Below are positions 34,154-36,908 of a stretch of 36,908 nt of DNA, one piece after another. Origin of the DNA: Octopus bimaculoides. Taxonomy: Eukaryota. The notes beneath the pieces are model-generated. The model was given only the letters and a program-made list of their open reading frames with translations. It searched no databases and was not told where the DNA came from. The stretch covers positions 3,579,469 to 3,616,376 of the forward strand of contig NC_068990.1 of assembly GCF_001194135.2 (NCBI RefSeq), given 5' to 3'. Position 1 is the stretch's first letter. The number at the start of each line of letters is the position of its first letter. The translations under genes and the position numbers were made by a program.

Positions 34154-34312
34154 CACGACGGGCATCTTTCAGTTCCTATCTACCAAATCGTCTCACAAGG
34201 CTTCGGTTGGCCCGGGCCATTAGTATAAAACACTGGCCCAAGATCCCACACAGTGGGACTGAACCCTGAATCATGTGGTTAGGAAGAAAATTTCTTAACA
34301 CACAACCATGAA
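33586..34312 (-). mobile_element. SINE family B, full length, with an expanded internal (TA)n tract and assembly gap
   Basis: The head (34245-34310) is tRNA-like, followed by a cttgggccagtgtt CORE-like motif, internal (TA)n at 33810-34155, and the 3' half 33590-33805 ending in the cagtc-N4-gactg-type hairpin tail. Confidence 0.85.
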
Positions 34313-34632
34313 CATAACATTCCTAGTTCTTTGTGAAATTCACATTCAGAAGAATCTTCAAAATCAGCTCGCAAAAAACAACAAGGAAAAACAACCAGAA
34401 GTGACAGAAAAAGAAACATTAAGCATTATGAACATTAGTCAAGGTCGGTTGTGCAACTAGTCTATTAAATCGAACTTTAAATAAATAAAGAAATGCATCA
34501 GGATGTAGATATCAGATACTACACACAATAACACAACCAAACTACACATGGTCTTGTACGAATAAAATATATCTTACCTACTGAATTAATGAGCACGTCA
34601 TCAAATTTACTCATCAGAAAGTCATTACACAA

Positions 34633-34870
34633 GACGGCGAGCTGGTAGAATCGTTAACACGCCGGGCGAAATGCTTAGCGATATTCCGTCTGTCTTTTCG
34701 TTCTGAGTTCAAATTCCGCCGAGGTCGACTTTGTCCTTCATCCTTTCGGGGTCGATAAATTAAGTACCAGTTACGCACTTGGGGTCGATGTAATCGACTT
34801 AACCCCTTTGTCTGTCCTTGTTTGTCCCCTCTATGTTTAGCCCCTCGTGAGCAATAAAGAAATAAGAAAT
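34633..34870 (+). mobile_element. SINE family A, young full-length copy with a distinct 3' tail and target-site duplication
   Basis: Intact A-box-like tggtagaatcg and B-box gagttcaaattcc; core gaggtcgactttgtccttcatcctttcggggtcgataaattaagtaccag. TSD agaaa(g/t)tcattacacaa at 34616-34632 and 34865-34881. Confidence 0.93.
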
Positions 34871-35890
34871 TCATTACACAAAACAATGAAATATTATAAA
34901 TAATGCTACATAAGTAGTGTAGTGAAAGGTAAATCTTTTTCACCACAAATTAATTATGACTTTCCTTTGATATATAATCAATTAGCTAATCATTAATGAT
35001 ATATTAAAAGAACGCCAACATGTAACTAACCACCTCATCAACAACAAAGAAGAAGCATGAAAGCCGCTGAACGAACTCCAGACGACTTAATGTAATTTGG
35101 AAATATGTACTCAAATAAGAAATTGGTAAGCTTCATGACACTAGCAATAACATAGTTCATATCAGTACAGAATGTCTGACTATGCAATTACAGCAAGAGA
35201 TCACTGCAAAACATTACATTATATAGTGTAAAGTCAACTGAATAGAACTATATCAGTTAACTAAGTTATGAAGCTCTTCACGCCAAAATTAGTTTAGTAA
35301 TGCAAGGTCTATTACAGATCGTAAATTAATTTACAGAGGAATCATTAAATGGAAACGAGTACAAGTTACGTTTCTGACTGGTGAAAGAAGTTAAAAATTA
35401 TTATTAATGCAACAATGTTTCTATGATACCAGAAACAACACCGTCAATACTCATTTCCTTCAGAGCCAGAAAGAAAGCCCTCACGGCTACTGAATCTTCT
35501 TCAAAACATACACTACCGTCTTTAAAAGAAAGGAACGCATTGTGTAATATCATCGCACATATAATATGCACGAGAACAGAACGAGATTTGGCTAAAGAGT
35601 TTGTCATCACCGCTCTACACATTTGGTGTTCGTTACGGACGAAATGTCAGCAAAACGTACTCACTTCAAACAATTAAGCGAGAAAGTCTTATCAACGGTT
35701 ACATCGAGAAACTTATTGCTCATAGAAGACAATATAACGGACTTATAGGGAAATATGCACAACCAAACTGAGTCACACACACGAGCATATAGAATAACAC
35801 ACACGCACACACATTTATAAAAGTATTGTCACATACGTAGACACACGCAAACATATTTATTTGTATCATGTACGCAATTGTCACTAGCAA

Positions 35891-36182
35891 TTTTTTTACT
35901 TGTTTCAGCCATTAGACTGTGGCCATACTGGGGCACCGCCATGAGAAACTTTTTTAATCGAATGAATCTACTCTATTACTTATTTTTTGCTAAGCCTGGT
36001 ACTTACCTCATCGGTCTCTTTCGCCGAGCTGCTGATTTGCGGGGACGTAAACATACCGACGTCGGTTGTCAAGTGGTATTGGCGAGAAACACATGCGAAG
36101 ACACACAGACACACAGTCTGGCCTTAGTCTGGAACCATGTGGTTGGGAAGCAAACTTCTCACCACGCCGCCACGCATGCGCC
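35891..36182 (-). mobile_element. SINE family B with a large internal deletion (CORE-like part and microsatellite lost)
   Basis: The 3' half (35891-36115) is joined through tctggccttagtct directly to the head ggaaccatgtggttgggaagcaaacttctcaccac. Confidence 0.85.
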
Positions 36183-36339
36183 TATAAAAGAAACGAGCCA
36201 TTCCTTCGAGCCATGGAATAAAGCGTTTTGTTCAAGACATATCGTTCGTCTCAGGAATCAATCACTCCATGCCAGGTTCACTTCACTATATACACCTCCC
36301 TGTACGCCCCGTCACATCTTCACCATCTTATATCTCCTT

Positions 36340-36384
36340 TCACTCTCCCCATCTCCTTTCTCCCCCCTCTCTCTCTTTCTGTCA

Positions 36385-36465
<81 letters not shown>
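36340..36465. repeat. Polypyrimidine / (CT)n microsatellite
   Basis: Directly visible. Confidence 0.95.
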
Positions 36466-36469
<4 letters not shown>

Positions 36470-36908
36470 TCCTTTCCCTTCAGGTAAGGTCTCGATCTCC
36501 TACTGCAAGACACTTATTTCTGTCTTTCAATTGTTCTCCCTGACCACAGTTCAGGAATCTTGTCTTGCAAATAACTTCGTGATATCACTGCTGCTGACTC
36601 TACGCAAAAAGAAAAAAAGCGTCCAGTGCGCTCTGCAAAGTGGTTTGTATCCAGTCGTAGACATTAATGCTTGGTGCAGTCTTCTGTCTTGCTATTTCCT
36701 CACGAACCGTCCAATCCATACCAGCATATACATATGTATGTATGGATCAAAACAATTTGATTCAAATTCATTGGTATACTTTAGTTTCAAGTTTTGTCGA
36801 ATGCCTTTCTTTCGTTTGTCCGCTCACTCGTATATACGCATAGAAGAGCTTTACAAAGCGCATTATAAGCTTATTACCCAGGTGATATGTGTATATATAT
36901 ATATATAT

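Noticed and set aside
35423-35677. 84-aa plus-strand ORF behind a strong acceptor (35463), and the antisense IICAMILHN Harbinger-like motif
   Set aside because: It overlaps dispersed repeat family F (35480-35550), has no good donor, and no supporting DDE motifs were seen.
35878-36543. Longest ORF (221 aa)
   Set aside because: It is the antisense of a SINE B copy plus (CT)n translated as SLSLSL.

Overview
This is eukaryotic, AT-rich, repeat-dominated genomic DNA with four assembly gaps (about 1036-1045, 18315-18449, 28028-28037, 33843-34115). The SINE families and microsatellite load look like a coleoid cephalopod, probably Octopus (inference from recalled repeat sequences, no database search). 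I find no intact protein-coding gene, RNA gene, CRISPR array or prokaryote-type system, so the window reads as intronic or intergenic. Contents: about 30 copies or fragments of at least four tRNA-headed SINE families plus one unclassified dispersed repeat; decayed non-LTR retrotransposon pieces from three clades (Tx1-like, RTE-like, R4/Dong-like); two fold-back MITE-like hairpins; many microsatellites. Nearly all ORFs in the supplied track are microsatellite translations or TE relics. The best leads are: a textbook-looking 9-nt minus-strand microexon at 18648-18656; a possible 102-nt partner exon at 28956-29057; a ~320-bp near-perfect palindrome; a locally templated, triplicated insertion copied from a SINE 750 bp away; SINE tail and module swapping; and a TE-poor, promoter-like island at about 5.2-8.2 kb. 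All are hypotheses from sequence inspection. I cannot support a claim of a new multi-component biological system. Repeat boundaries are by eye, roughly +/-10 bp.
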